Shown here: positions 23,102 to 31,262 of the stretch, piece by piece | Position numbering within the stretch: the stretch's first letter is position 1 | Layout of the letters: every line of letters starts with the position of its first letter | Assembly (NCBI GenBank): GCA_041738505.1 | Contig: JBGSPQ010000010.1 | Location: 5,553-69,552 of the forward strand | Origin: Candidatus Altimarinota bacterium | GTDB lineage: Bacteria; Patescibacteriota; Gracilibacteria; UBA1369 | Direction: 5' to 3' | Length of the DNA stretch: 64,000 bases | Notes under the pieces: model-generated | What the model saw: the letters and a program-made list of their open reading frames with translations, nothing else | Told to the model about the DNA's origin: nothing | The model's database searches: none | Position numbers and translations under genes: made by a program

Positions 23102-25612
23102 CTATTTTTGTTGTGGAACGGGAAGCTTAACTATCCTAATCGTCGCCTTCTTTTTGATGTTGGGCAGACGTGTGGTGATAGTTTCCTCTTTCAGCTTTTC
23201 ATCCGGTTTTCGTTTGGATGGAATAAGCGCAATTTTCAGCACGTCATCAAGGGTGCTGGCATATTTTAGAGTGACACCGCGTAAAATCACCGCGGGAATT
23301 TCCGTAACATCCTTTTTGTTTTTCTCGGGCAGAATTATTGTTTTGATATTCGCTCTCTTGGCCGCCAGAATTTTTTCCTTTAGTCCGCCGATAGGCAGAA
23401 TACGGCCTGTTAAAGTCACTTCCCCGGTCATCGCCACATCCCGCCTTACTTTCTGGTTGGTCAGAAGTGAAATCAGCGCCGTGCAAATTGTTATACCGGC
23501 CGATGGTCCGTCTTTGGGAACCGCGCCCTCCGGAACATGAATGTGAATATCGGAAGTTTTGAAAATATCATCACTGATATTGAATTTGTGTGAATTGCTT
23601 CTGATGTAGCTCAAAGCAGCTCTCGCCGATTCCTGCATCACATCGCCCAGATTGCCCGTCATAATCAGATTCTTGTCGCCCGGCATCCTTGTTGCTTCAA
23701 TAAATAAAATATCCCCGCCGTAAGGCGTCCAGGCCAGACCTGTCGTAACTCCAACCCTGTCCTCCTCCTGGGCCTTTTCAAACTCATATTTATCCACTCC
23801 CAGATACTGCTCCACCTTTGCGCTGTCAATTTTTGGAGTTTTGACCAGTGTCTTTTCTATCAGATCCTTGGCCACTTTTCTGCAAATGGAGGCGATCTGC
23901 CTCTCCAGTTCACGCAGACCGGCTTCATTGGTGTAGCTTCGAACCAGTTTTAAAATCGCATCATCCGTAAAAATGAGCTTTCTGCTTTCCAGTCCGTTGG
24001 CGATTTTTTGTTTGGGGATAAGGTATTTTTTGGCAATCTGCAGTTTTTCCTCCTCGGTGTAGCCGGGTAGTTCAATCACCTCCATTCTGTCCAACAGCGC
24101 CGGCGGAATCGGATCAAGAAAATTGGCGGTGGTAATAAAAAAGACCTTGGAAAGGTCAAACGGCACGTCCAGATAATGGTCGGTAAAAGCATGATTCTGC
24201 TCCGGATCCAGCGCTTCCATCAGCGCCGCCGCCGGGTCCCCCTGAAAGTCCTTTCCCACCTTGTCTATTTCATCAAGCATAAACACCGGATCGTTATAAC
24301 CGGCTCTTTTTAGTGATTGAATGATTCTTCCGGGCATCGCTCCAACGTAGGTTCTCCTGTGTCCGCGAATATCTGCTTCGTCACGTATGCCTCCCAGTGA
24401 GGTGTGAACAAAAGACCTTCCCAGAGCCCTTGCAATGGACTGCCCGAGAGAGGTTTTTCCAACTCCGGGGGGGCCGACAAAGCATAAAATCGTCGCGCCT
24501 CTTTTGTTATTCAGCTGGCAGACCGCCAAAAATTCCAATATGCGCTCTTTCACTTTTTCCAGTCCGTAATGGTCTTCATCCAGAATTTTGCGCGCCTTTT
24601 TAACATCCGCTTTTACCGGACAGCTTTTTTCCCATGGCATGTCGCACAGCCATTCAATATAGGTGCGCGCCACCGTGTATTCGGGTGAAATCGGAATGAT
24701 TTTTTTCAAACGGTCCAATTCTTTTCTGGCGATTTTTTCCACGCTATCCGGCATTTCCGCCTTATTGATTCTCTGTTCCAAATCGCGAATATCCTCCTTA
24801 TCCGTCATTCCCCCCATACCCAAAACGTCCTCCTCATCTTCCCCAAGCTCCTTTTTGATAGCCTTCAACTCCTGCCGGAGCAGATAATTGCGTTCACTTT
24901 TGTTAAGTTCCTGGGAAATATCGGTATGAATTTTTTTGCGGATTTTTGAGAGTTGGATTTCCTTGTTCAGATAATCCAGAATCAGTTTTATTCTCTTTGC
25001 GGAATCGGTCATACTCAACAGTTCCTGCTTTTTGATAATTTCCAGCGTCAATAATGAGCAGGCCAAATCAAGAATGTCATCAAAATTATGTATTTTACTT
25101 AGTCCCGTGATTACTTCCGGAGGAAGATTTTTGCCCTCCAACGCCAGACGTGCGATCAAATCCTTGATTTCCTGGGCGCCCGCTTCCAAATCGACATTCG
25201 CATCTTCGCTCTTTTCAATGGGTTTGATGTTTGCCTGCAAAAATGGTTTTTCCTGAGTGAACTGTCTCACCTTGAAACGGCTGATTCCCTCCACCAGAAC
25301 CATCGCGTCGTTGCCGGTGCCGCTCTTAATAACCTGTAATACGGAAACACTGGTACCGACATCAAAAAGATTTTCAACCGGCGGAACCGGTTTTGACGAG
25401 CTTTTTTGCGTTATCAGCCCAATAAGTTCACCGTCCTGCGAAGCCTTGTTAATGGCATCAATCAGTTTTTCGTTCTTTACATATACGGTGATAATCATGG
25501 ACGGAAAAACGACCAGATCACGCAGAGGAATGATCAGAATATTTAAAGGCAGTTTATAATCTTTTTCCGCAGGGACATCCTGTTCGGTATTCTGTGCGAA
25601 TTCGTCTTCCAT
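23102..25612 (-). CDS. lon: ATP-dependent Lon protease (LonA type)
   Basis: N-terminal LON domain, Walker A GPPGVGKTSLGQSIA, and protease domain PKDGPSAGITICTALISLL with catalytic Ser. Confidence 0.95.
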   Translation of the reverse strand: MEDEFAQNTEQDVPAEKDYKLPLNILIIPLRDLVVFPSMIITVYVKNEKLIDAINKASQDGELIGLITQKSSSKPVPPVENLFDVGTSVSVLQVIKSGTGNDAMVLVEGISRFKVRQFTQEKPFLQANIKPIEKSEDANVDLEAGAQEIKDLIARLALEGKNLPPEVITGLSKIHNFDDILDLACSLLTLEIIKKQELLSMTDSAKRIKLILDYLNKEIQLSKIRKKIHTDISQELNKSERNYLLRQELKAIKKELGEDEEDVLGMGGMTDKEDIRDLEQRINKAEMPDSVEKIARKELDRLKKIIPISPEYTVARTYIEWLCDMPWEKSCPVKADVKKARKILDEDHYGLEKVKERILEFLAVCQLNNKRGATILCFVGPPGVGKTSLGQSIARALGRSFVHTSLGGIRDEADIRGHRRTYVGAMPGRIIQSLKRAGYNDPVFMLDEIDKVGKDFQGDPAAALMEALDPEQNHAFTDHYLDVPFDLSKVFFITTANFLDPIPPALLDRMEVIELPGYTEEEKLQIAKKYLIPKQKIANGLESRKLIFTDDAILKLVRSYTNEAGLRELERQIASICRKVAKDLIEKTLVKTPKIDSAKVEQYLGVDKYEFEKAQEEDRVGVTTGLAWTPYGGDILFIEATRMPGDKNLIMTGNLGDVMQESARAALSYIRSNSHKFNISDDIFKTSDIHIHVPEGAVPKDGPSAGITICTALISLLTNQKVRRDVAMTGEVTLTGRILPIGGLKEKILAAKRANIKTIILPEKNKKDVTEIPAVILRGVTLKYASTLDDVLKIALIPSKRKPDEKLKEETITTRLPNIKKKATIRIVKLPVPQQK

Positions 25613-25764
25613 TCAAATTTATTAAGATTTCCCAGAATTATAGCACAAATAACGGGCAAGGTCTAGATTATGGGTTACATTAAATGTAAAGGCTCGTACT
25701 CCTAAAGCAGAAAATAAATAGATAATATGTCTATAAAATATGGCTTAAATAAGACCTTTGTCAA

Positions 25765-25793
25765 TTGAGGAACCCGGATATTTTTGCTATAAT
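25765..25793 (+). promoter_or_regulatory. Promoter TTGAGG-17-(TGc)TATAAT
   Basis: TATAAT at 25788-25793 with TGc upstream, 37 nt before ATG 25830. Confidence 0.45.
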
Positions 25794-25829
25794 AATCTGA
25801 TTTAAAATAAAAATTAAAACCCAAAAAAT

Positions 25830-26753
25830 ATGAACCCATTATCATTTCTAAAAAGAAACAAGGATACCGCTCAGACCCCCGTCAATAAACGGGCGGAAGA
25901 TGCGGACTACGATGACGATTCGGAAATAAACATTGGCACCAAGGTAAAAATCGTTGCCGCCATGCTGGTGGTGGCGGTGGCAACTTATGTGGCGCTTTGG
26001 GTGCAGGAACCCGCCGATATTAAGATTGATGTTCTCAGCGGAACTACAATCGCCGAAGAAACCGCATTGGACAACGAACCGGCAGTTAGTGAAACAACCA
26101 TGGTTGCCGCCGCGGACACGGATTTTCCCGTGCTGGCGGAGGTCTCCATTACCGATTTTACGTTTACCCCCGCCAACATGACGGTTAAAAAGGGAACAAC
26201 CGTTGTCTGGACCAACATGGATCCCGTGGATCACACGGTTACGGCGGATACTTTTAGCAGTTCCACGCTTGAATCCGGAGATTCATACACTTACACGTTT
26301 GATACGGCCGGAGAATATCCTTACAGCTGTGCTTTCCATCCCCAGATGACCGGTAAAATCATCGTCACGGATGAAGTGGCGGAAACGGATGAGGCGCCGG
26401 ATACCACAAGTACCGAAACCGAGCCCCCCCGCGACCTTGAAGACCTCTATCCCGCACTTTCAACGGCGGGTGACCTTGATGAGGAAACAGCCGTCGGAAC
26501 CGATTTACTGTCGGTCACTACTGACACGGCTGCCTTGAACGATCTTGATGAACCGCCTTCGGATGAACCGCTGATGGTCACTTTTGACGCGGAGGAACTT
26601 ATTGCTTCGGGAGAAGTACGGGAGGATGCCACCGCAGCCATTCAGGAAAGCGACAAGCTGGCCAAATCCGGCCCCGAAGACGTGCTGTATGTGTTTGCCT
26701 TTGCCGCCATTCTCTACTTTAACAGGCGCAAAATCTCCGGAGTCTTAAGCTAA
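25830..26753 (+). CDS. Membrane/cell-surface cupredoxin (type-1 blue copper, plastocyanin/amicyanin-like) with acidic linker and C-terminal sorting-signal-like tail
   Basis: TM anchor. Cupredoxin core VVWTNMDPVDHTV...YPYSCAFHPQMTGKIIV provides the H, C, H, M ligand set. The C-terminus is LAKSG plus a hydrophobic stretch plus RRK. Confidence 0.7.
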   Translation: MNPLSFLKRNKDTAQTPVNKRAEDADYDDDSEINIGTKVKIVAAMLVVAVATYVALWVQEPADIKIDVLSGTTIAEETALDNEPAVSETTMVAAADTDFPVLAEVSITDFTFTPANMTVKKGTTVVWTNMDPVDHTVTADTFSSSTLESGDSYTYTFDTAGEYPYSCAFHPQMTGKIIVTDEVAETDEAPDTTSTETEPPRDLEDLYPALSTAGDLDEETAVGTDLLSVTTDTAALNDLDEPPSDEPLMVTFDAEELIASGEVREDATAAIQESDKLAKSGPEDVLYVFAFAAILYFNRRKISGVLS

Positions 26754-26780
26754 AGGCAAATCTTGTTAAAAAGTTTGCGG

Positions 26781-26811
26781 GAGGGTACACTTGAATGCGT
26801 ACCCTCTTTTG
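26781..26811 (+). terminator. Intrinsic terminator after the cupredoxin gene
   Basis: GAGGGTAC (26781-26788), a 10-nt loop, GTACCCTC (26799-26806), then TTTTG. Confidence 0.55.
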
Positions 26812-26817
26812 ATAAAA

Positions 26818-27669
26818 ATGGATTTGATAAGCCAAATGATGGCAACGGTCATTCTATTCATAGGAGACCAGACCCGCACTTTCTGGGACAACCTGGCGTT
26901 GCTAAATTTTTCCTGGCCTCAGATTGCGTTGGACATTCTGGCGGTCGCGGTGATTTTTTATTTCATTTTTTCTCTCATCAGGGGATCAAGGGCGGTGCAT
27001 GTTTTGATCGGGCTGGCCATCATTCTGGGATTGTACTTTTTAAGCAAGGCTCTTCAGCTTGTGGCTTTGGGGTGGCTTTTGGATAAATTCATGACCATCG
27101 TGCTGGTGGCGATACCGATTATTTTTCAGAAGGAATTGCGCATGGGTCTGGAAAGGCTTGGGCATACCAAATTGTTTGTTTCACAAAAAGCCCGGGAAAT
27201 AGACCGGATGATTTTGCATATAGTAAATGCCGCCGAAGAAATGGGTAAAAACAAGATCGGGGCGCTGATAGTTGTGCAAAAAACGGTGCCGTTAAAAGAA
27301 TATATTGATACGGGAGTCTTACTTGACGCTGCCGTTTCCACCGAACTGCTTTTAAGCATTTTCCAGCCGAAAGGCGCTTTGCATGACGGGGCGGTTATCA
27401 TCGCCAGCGAGTCAATCCTGGCGGCCTCATGTATTCTGCCGCATTCCTTTGAGACCACCGATTCGGGTATGGGGACGCGCCACAAAGCCGCCCTTGGGCT
27501 TTCCGAAAACACAGATGCGGTTGTGGTTGTTGTGTCGGAGGAAAAAGGCACGATTTCATTTGCCGAGGAAGGCCGGATGGAAAGATCTCTGACCCCCCCG
27601 CGGCTTCATCAATTGCTAACCCGATCGCTCGGCGTCGGAGACAAAAAAAAGTTTAACCGTAAAAAATGA
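26818..27669 (+). CDS. cdaA: Diadenylate cyclase CdaA (c-di-AMP synthase)
   Basis: The ORF 26791 starts at a TTG inside the terminator; the first ATG is 26818. Three N-terminal TM helices are followed by DAC-domain motifs GALIVV, GALHDGAVII and GTRHKAALGLSENTDAVVVVVSEEKGTIS. Confidence 0.88.
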   Translation: MDLISQMMATVILFIGDQTRTFWDNLALLNFSWPQIALDILAVAVIFYFIFSLIRGSRAVHVLIGLAIILGLYFLSKALQLVALGWLLDKFMTIVLVAIPIIFQKELRMGLERLGHTKLFVSQKAREIDRMILHIVNAAEEMGKNKIGALIVVQKTVPLKEYIDTGVLLDAAVSTELLLSIFQPKGALHDGAVIIASESILAASCILPHSFETTDSGMGTRHKAALGLSENTDAVVVVVSEEKGTISFAEEGRMERSLTPPRLHQLLTRSLGVGDKKKFNRKK

Positions 27670-28610
27670 TTAAACCTTTCCATCAGATTCATCTTAAACT
27701 GCTCGCCCTGCTGGCGGCTGTGACGCTGTGGTTTGTGGTAATTACGGTAGAGAACACCGTCTATAAATTTCCCGAAAAGGTTGAGCTTAAAACACTTAAT
27801 TTGAGCAAAAACGTGAGTCTGGAAAGCGCTCTTCCGGCGGTTGATGTGTATCTGCGCGTGGATAAAGAGGACATGAAAAAAATCACTAAAAACGAATTGG
27901 ACATATATTTGGATTTGGCCGAATTTGAAGCGGGGGAGCGGACCGTACCGGTTGTTGCTTTATCCAAAAGCCCTCTTGCCCAGGTATTAAAAACCGAACC
28001 GGCAGAAGTAAGGATTAAGATTTCACCCGTTATTGAAAAGGAGGTGGAGGTGAAAATTGTGGTTGAAGGAAAGCCCCGGGACGGATACAAGGTGGAGAAA
28101 ACGGAAATCCTTTCCGAAAAAGTTACGGTTTCGGGGGCGCAAAACGTGATTGATATGTTGGAATTTATTGAAGGAAAGATAATTCTGGACGGCTCTCAGA
28201 CGGAAAATCTTAAACAAAGCATACAGCTCTCCGTTCCCGGAAACGCACAGGTTTCGCAGCAGCTGCTTACATTTAATCCGGCCGAAATCGTTGTGGAGGT
28301 GACTATTGTTTCGGAGCTGGAGGAGAAAGAGGTCACGGTTACGCCGCACTTTTTTTCCGAAAATGACAGGAATACATATGAGTCCAAAATTGAAATGACA
28401 CCATTGACGGTTAAAGTATCGGCCGGCAAAGAGATTTTGGAAAACCTGAGTTCCCTTGAAACCAATCCGCTGGAAATCAGCGCTTTGATTAGAAACGGTT
28501 CCATTGAAACCGGATTGTCTCTGCCGGAGGGTGTGACTCTGGCTGATCCTTCGCAGAAAATAACCGTGAAATTCACCGGGGCGGTTCTTGGTGACGGTCC
28601 GACTATATAA
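27666..28610 (+). CDS. cdaR: YbbR-domain protein (CdaR-type regulator of CdaA)
   Basis: ATGA start/stop overlap with cdaA. An N-terminal TM segment is followed by repeated beta-rich YbbR-like modules. Synteny supports the call. Confidence 0.7.
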   Translation: MIKPFHQIHLKLLALLAAVTLWFVVITVENTVYKFPEKVELKTLNLSKNVSLESALPAVDVYLRVDKEDMKKITKNELDIYLDLAEFEAGERTVPVVALSKSPLAQVLKTEPAEVRIKISPVIEKEVEVKIVVEGKPRDGYKVEKTEILSEKVTVSGAQNVIDMLEFIEGKIILDGSQTENLKQSIQLSVPGNAQVSQQLLTFNPAEIVVEVTIVSELEEKEVTVTPHFFSENDRNTYESKIEMTPLTVKVSAGKEILENLSSLETNPLEISALIRNGSIETGLSLPEGVTLADPSQKITVKFTGAVLGDGPTI

Positions 28611-28619
28611 ATATTTTTG

Positions 28620-29426
28620 ATGAGCATGATTTGCGTGCCGGTCAGGGCAAAGACGTTAAATGAACTTACGAAACAGGTTAAAGAGGCTTCAAAAAAGGCC
28701 GACGTTGTTGAGGTTTGGATGGACTGGCTTCCGTTGGAAATCGGCGCGCATCAAGTTAGAAAAATAACGGCGAAACCGCTGATCGCGGTGTGCAAGGGCA
28801 AGCGGGAAAATGGTTCATGGAGGGGAGGCGAGGCGAAAAGAATAGAGCGGTTGATGGAGTGCGCGGCCGCCGGCATTGATTACGTGGACGTTGATTTGCG
28901 CACGCGCCCCGATTTAATAGCGCGCCTCGCAAAAACAACGGGCGGCCGCGCCCCTCACAAACACAATCCACGCCATAGCGCCGCCCTACGTGAAAGCGCC
29001 GCCGCGCACAATCATAGCGCCGCCCTACGTGATAACGCCGCCCCGCACAAAAACGCCGCCCGCCGCACCAAACTGATTGTGTCTTATCACGATTTTAAAA
29101 AAACGCCGTCGTTAAAAACTCTAAAAAGCCTTTACTACCGGGCCGTCACCGCCGGAGCGGACGTTGTTAAGATTTCTGTTTTTGCCAATGCATTTGAAGA
29201 CAACTTAAGGTTGTTGGGGCTGGGCGCCGCCGTTGGCGCGGGCAAACGGCGCCGGCCGCTGATAATAACGTCCATGGGTGAAAAAGGGCGTATTGGCAGG
29301 ATAGCGGCGCCCCTTTTCGGCTCAATCATAGTCTTTGCGGCTTCGGACAAAAAAAACCTGACCGCTCCCGGACAATTAACTCTGGAACAATATAAAAAGA
29401 TTGCGTCGGTAATTAATACCGATTAA
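28620..29426 (+). CDS. aroD: Type I 3-dehydroquinate dehydratase with a ~45-aa low-complexity insertion
   Basis: MSMICVPV, DVVEVWMDWL, IVSYHDFKKTPS (His), and ADVVKISVFAN (Schiff-base Lys context), SMGEKGRIGR. The ORF 28617 begins at TTG; the ATG is at 28620. Confidence 0.7.
   Translation: MSMICVPVRAKTLNELTKQVKEASKKADVVEVWMDWLPLEIGAHQVRKITAKPLIAVCKGKRENGSWRGGEAKRIERLMECAAAGIDYVDVDLRTRPDLIARLAKTTGGRAPHKHNPRHSAALRESAAAHNHSAALRDNAAPHKNAARRTKLIVSYHDFKKTPSLKTLKSLYYRAVTAGADVVKISVFANAFEDNLRLLGLGAAVGAGKRRRPLIITSMGEKGRIGRIAAPLFGSIIVFAASDKKNLTAPGQLTLEQYKKIASVINTD
28974..29051 (+). repeat. GC-rich 39-nt (13-codon) in-frame tandem duplication inside aroD
   Basis: CATAGCGCCGCCCTACGTGA(A/T)A(G/A)CGCCGCC(G/C)CGCACAA... 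begins at 28974 and again at 29013. It encodes HSAALRESAAAHN / HSAALRDNAAPHK. Confidence 0.8.
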
Positions 29427-29453
29427 GCTCTGTTTTTGCATTAATCAAACACA

Positions 29454-30542
29454 ATGAAAATAGGAATCGTGGGACTTCCCAACGTCGGAAAATCAACTCT
29501 CTTTAACGCCATGACCCGCAGTCGCGGGGCCAAAGCGGAAAACTTTCCTTTCTGCACCATAGACCCCAACGTGGGAGTGGTGGAGGTGCCGGACGAACGG
29601 CTTCTGCCTTTAAAGGAAACGGTAAAAACCGACGTTATCATACCGGCGATAGTGGAATTTGTGGACATTGCCGGACTTGTAAAAGGAGCAAGCGAGGGCG
29701 AGGGGCTGGGCAACCAGTTTCTTTCTCACATCAGGGAATGCGACGCCGTGGCGCAGGTTATCCGGGTATTTGAAGACAAAAACGTAACCCACGTTCACGA
29801 AACGATTGACGCCGGACGGGACAAGGAAATAATTGAAACCGAACTGATGCTGGCCGATATGCAGACACTGCAAAAAAGGCTGGCCAGGGCGCGAAGCGAC
29901 GCAAAATCGGGACAAAAGGACAAAATGGCCTATGCCACACTTCTGGAAAAAGTGGAAAAAATCCTTGGAGGAGGGCAAAAAATAATTGATGCCGGCCTCA
30001 CCGGCGAAGAACTGGAGGAATTACACGATCTGCATTTCATCACCGCAAAACCCATTCTCTATATCGCCAATGTACACGAAGATGAAATCGGACTGCTGGA
30101 CATAAAAAGCCTTTCGGAAAAAATAGGCGTCGGCGAACATGAAAGACTCGTACCCATCTCCGCCAAAATAGAGGAGGAACTGGGAAGCATTCCCGAAGAG
30201 GAGGCCGCGGTCTTTCTGAAGGAACTGGGTCTCGGGGAGACGGGATTAAATGCCCTCATCCGCGCCGCCTATGAAACACTTGGTTTGATTACTTATTTCA
30301 CAGCCGGACCCATGGAAGTGCGCGCCTGGACAATCACCAAAGGCGATAAAGGCCCCCGCGCCGCCGGCAAAATCCACACCGATTTTGAAAAGGGTTACAT
30401 CCGCGCCGAAGTGGTTTTCTGGAAAGATCTGGTTGACTGCGGAGGAGAGGCGCCGGCTCGTGAAAAAGGTCTTATCCGCACCGAAGGAAAGGAGTATGTT
30501 GTAAAAGACGGTGACGTGATGCATTTTTTCTTTTCAAAATAG
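29454..30542 (+). CDS. ychF: Ribosome-binding ATPase YchF
   Basis: [19 protein letters not shown], a TGS-like C-terminus, and the typical 362-aa length. Confidence 0.92.
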   Translation: MKIGIVGLPNVGKSTLFNAMTRSRGAKAENFPFCTIDPNVGVVEVPDERLLPLKETVKTDVIIPAIVEFVDIAGLVKGASEGEGLGNQFLSHIRECDAVAQVIRVFEDKNVTHVHETIDAGRDKEIIETELMLADMQTLQKRLARARSDAKSGQKDKMAYATLLEKVEKILGGGQKIIDAGLTGEELEELHDLHFITAKPILYIANVHEDEIGLLDIKSLSEKIGVGEHERLVPISAKIEEELGSIPEEEAAVFLKELGLGETGLNALIRAAYETLGLITYFTAGPMEVRAWTITKGDKGPRAAGKIHTDFEKGYIRAEVVFWKDLVDCGGEAPAREKGLIRTEGKEYVVKDGDVMHFFFSK

Positions 30543-31262
30543 ATGGAAATCATTCCGGTGATTTATATTCTGGACGGGCAATGCACGGCGCTTTATAAGG
30601 GCGATTACGGTCAGAAAAAAACTTATCGCGGAAGCCCGCTGGAATGGGCGGAAAAATTTATCAACGATGGCGCGGAAAAAATCTATCTTGCCGATTTAAA
30701 TGCCAGAAAAAACGGCGGGTTTGAGCAGAAAGAATTATTTGCGGAGCTGTTAAAAAAAATAAGTGTCCCTGTTTTGGTGGAGGCTTCCTTTCCGGATTTG
30801 GCATCTATCGGAGAGGTTCTTGAGATGGGCGCGGAGCAAATTGTTTTACGTTCACCCGGTATTGAATTTGCCGGAAAAGCGATTGAAACATTCGGTGCGC
30901 AAAAAATCGTTGTACAGATTTTTTCCAAACGTGATGAATTGATAGAAAACAGGGAGAAAAAGAACGCCGACGATTTTACGGACGTGGTGGATTATGCCGA
31001 AAAACTTATTCCTATGGGGGTGAAATATGTGATTTACAAAGACCGGCGCAGCGAAGGAATTCTCACTCATCCAAATTATGATGAAATAGACAGGTTGTTT
31101 CTGACCTGCGGAAAAGACCTGAAAATCTACTCTTCGGGGGGGATTTCCGAAATCCCTCATCTTAAACTGCTGGAAAAAACAGGAGCGCATGGGGCGCTCA
31201 TCGGGAAAGCCTTTTATGAAAGAACCATTGGCGTAGGGGAAGCCATGGAGGCAGTGGAATAA
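30543..31262 (+). CDS. Divergent HisA/HisF-family (beta/alpha)8-barrel protein
   Basis: IIPVIYILDGQCTALYKGDYG, LADLNARK, YSSGGISE and ALIGKAFYE align by eye with HisA. The N-terminal catalytic Asp position reads Tyr, and the GGG phosphate loop reads EAS. Confidence 0.6.
   Translation: MEIIPVIYILDGQCTALYKGDYGQKKTYRGSPLEWAEKFINDGAEKIYLADLNARKNGGFEQKELFAELLKKISVPVLVEASFPDLASIGEVLEMGAEQIVLRSPGIEFAGKAIETFGAQKIVVQIFSKRDELIENREKKNADDFTDVVDYAEKLIPMGVKYVIYKDRRSEGILTHPNYDEIDRLFLTCGKDLKIYSSGGISEIPHLKLLEKTGAHGALIGKAFYERTIGVGEAMEAVE

Noticed and set aside
25676-25690. A/T-rich palindrome TTACATT-A-AATGTAA upstream of lon, read as a heat-shock operator
   Set aside because: It does not match CIRCE or HAIR consensus elements as I know them. 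Short A/T palindromes are expected by chance in AT-rich spacers.
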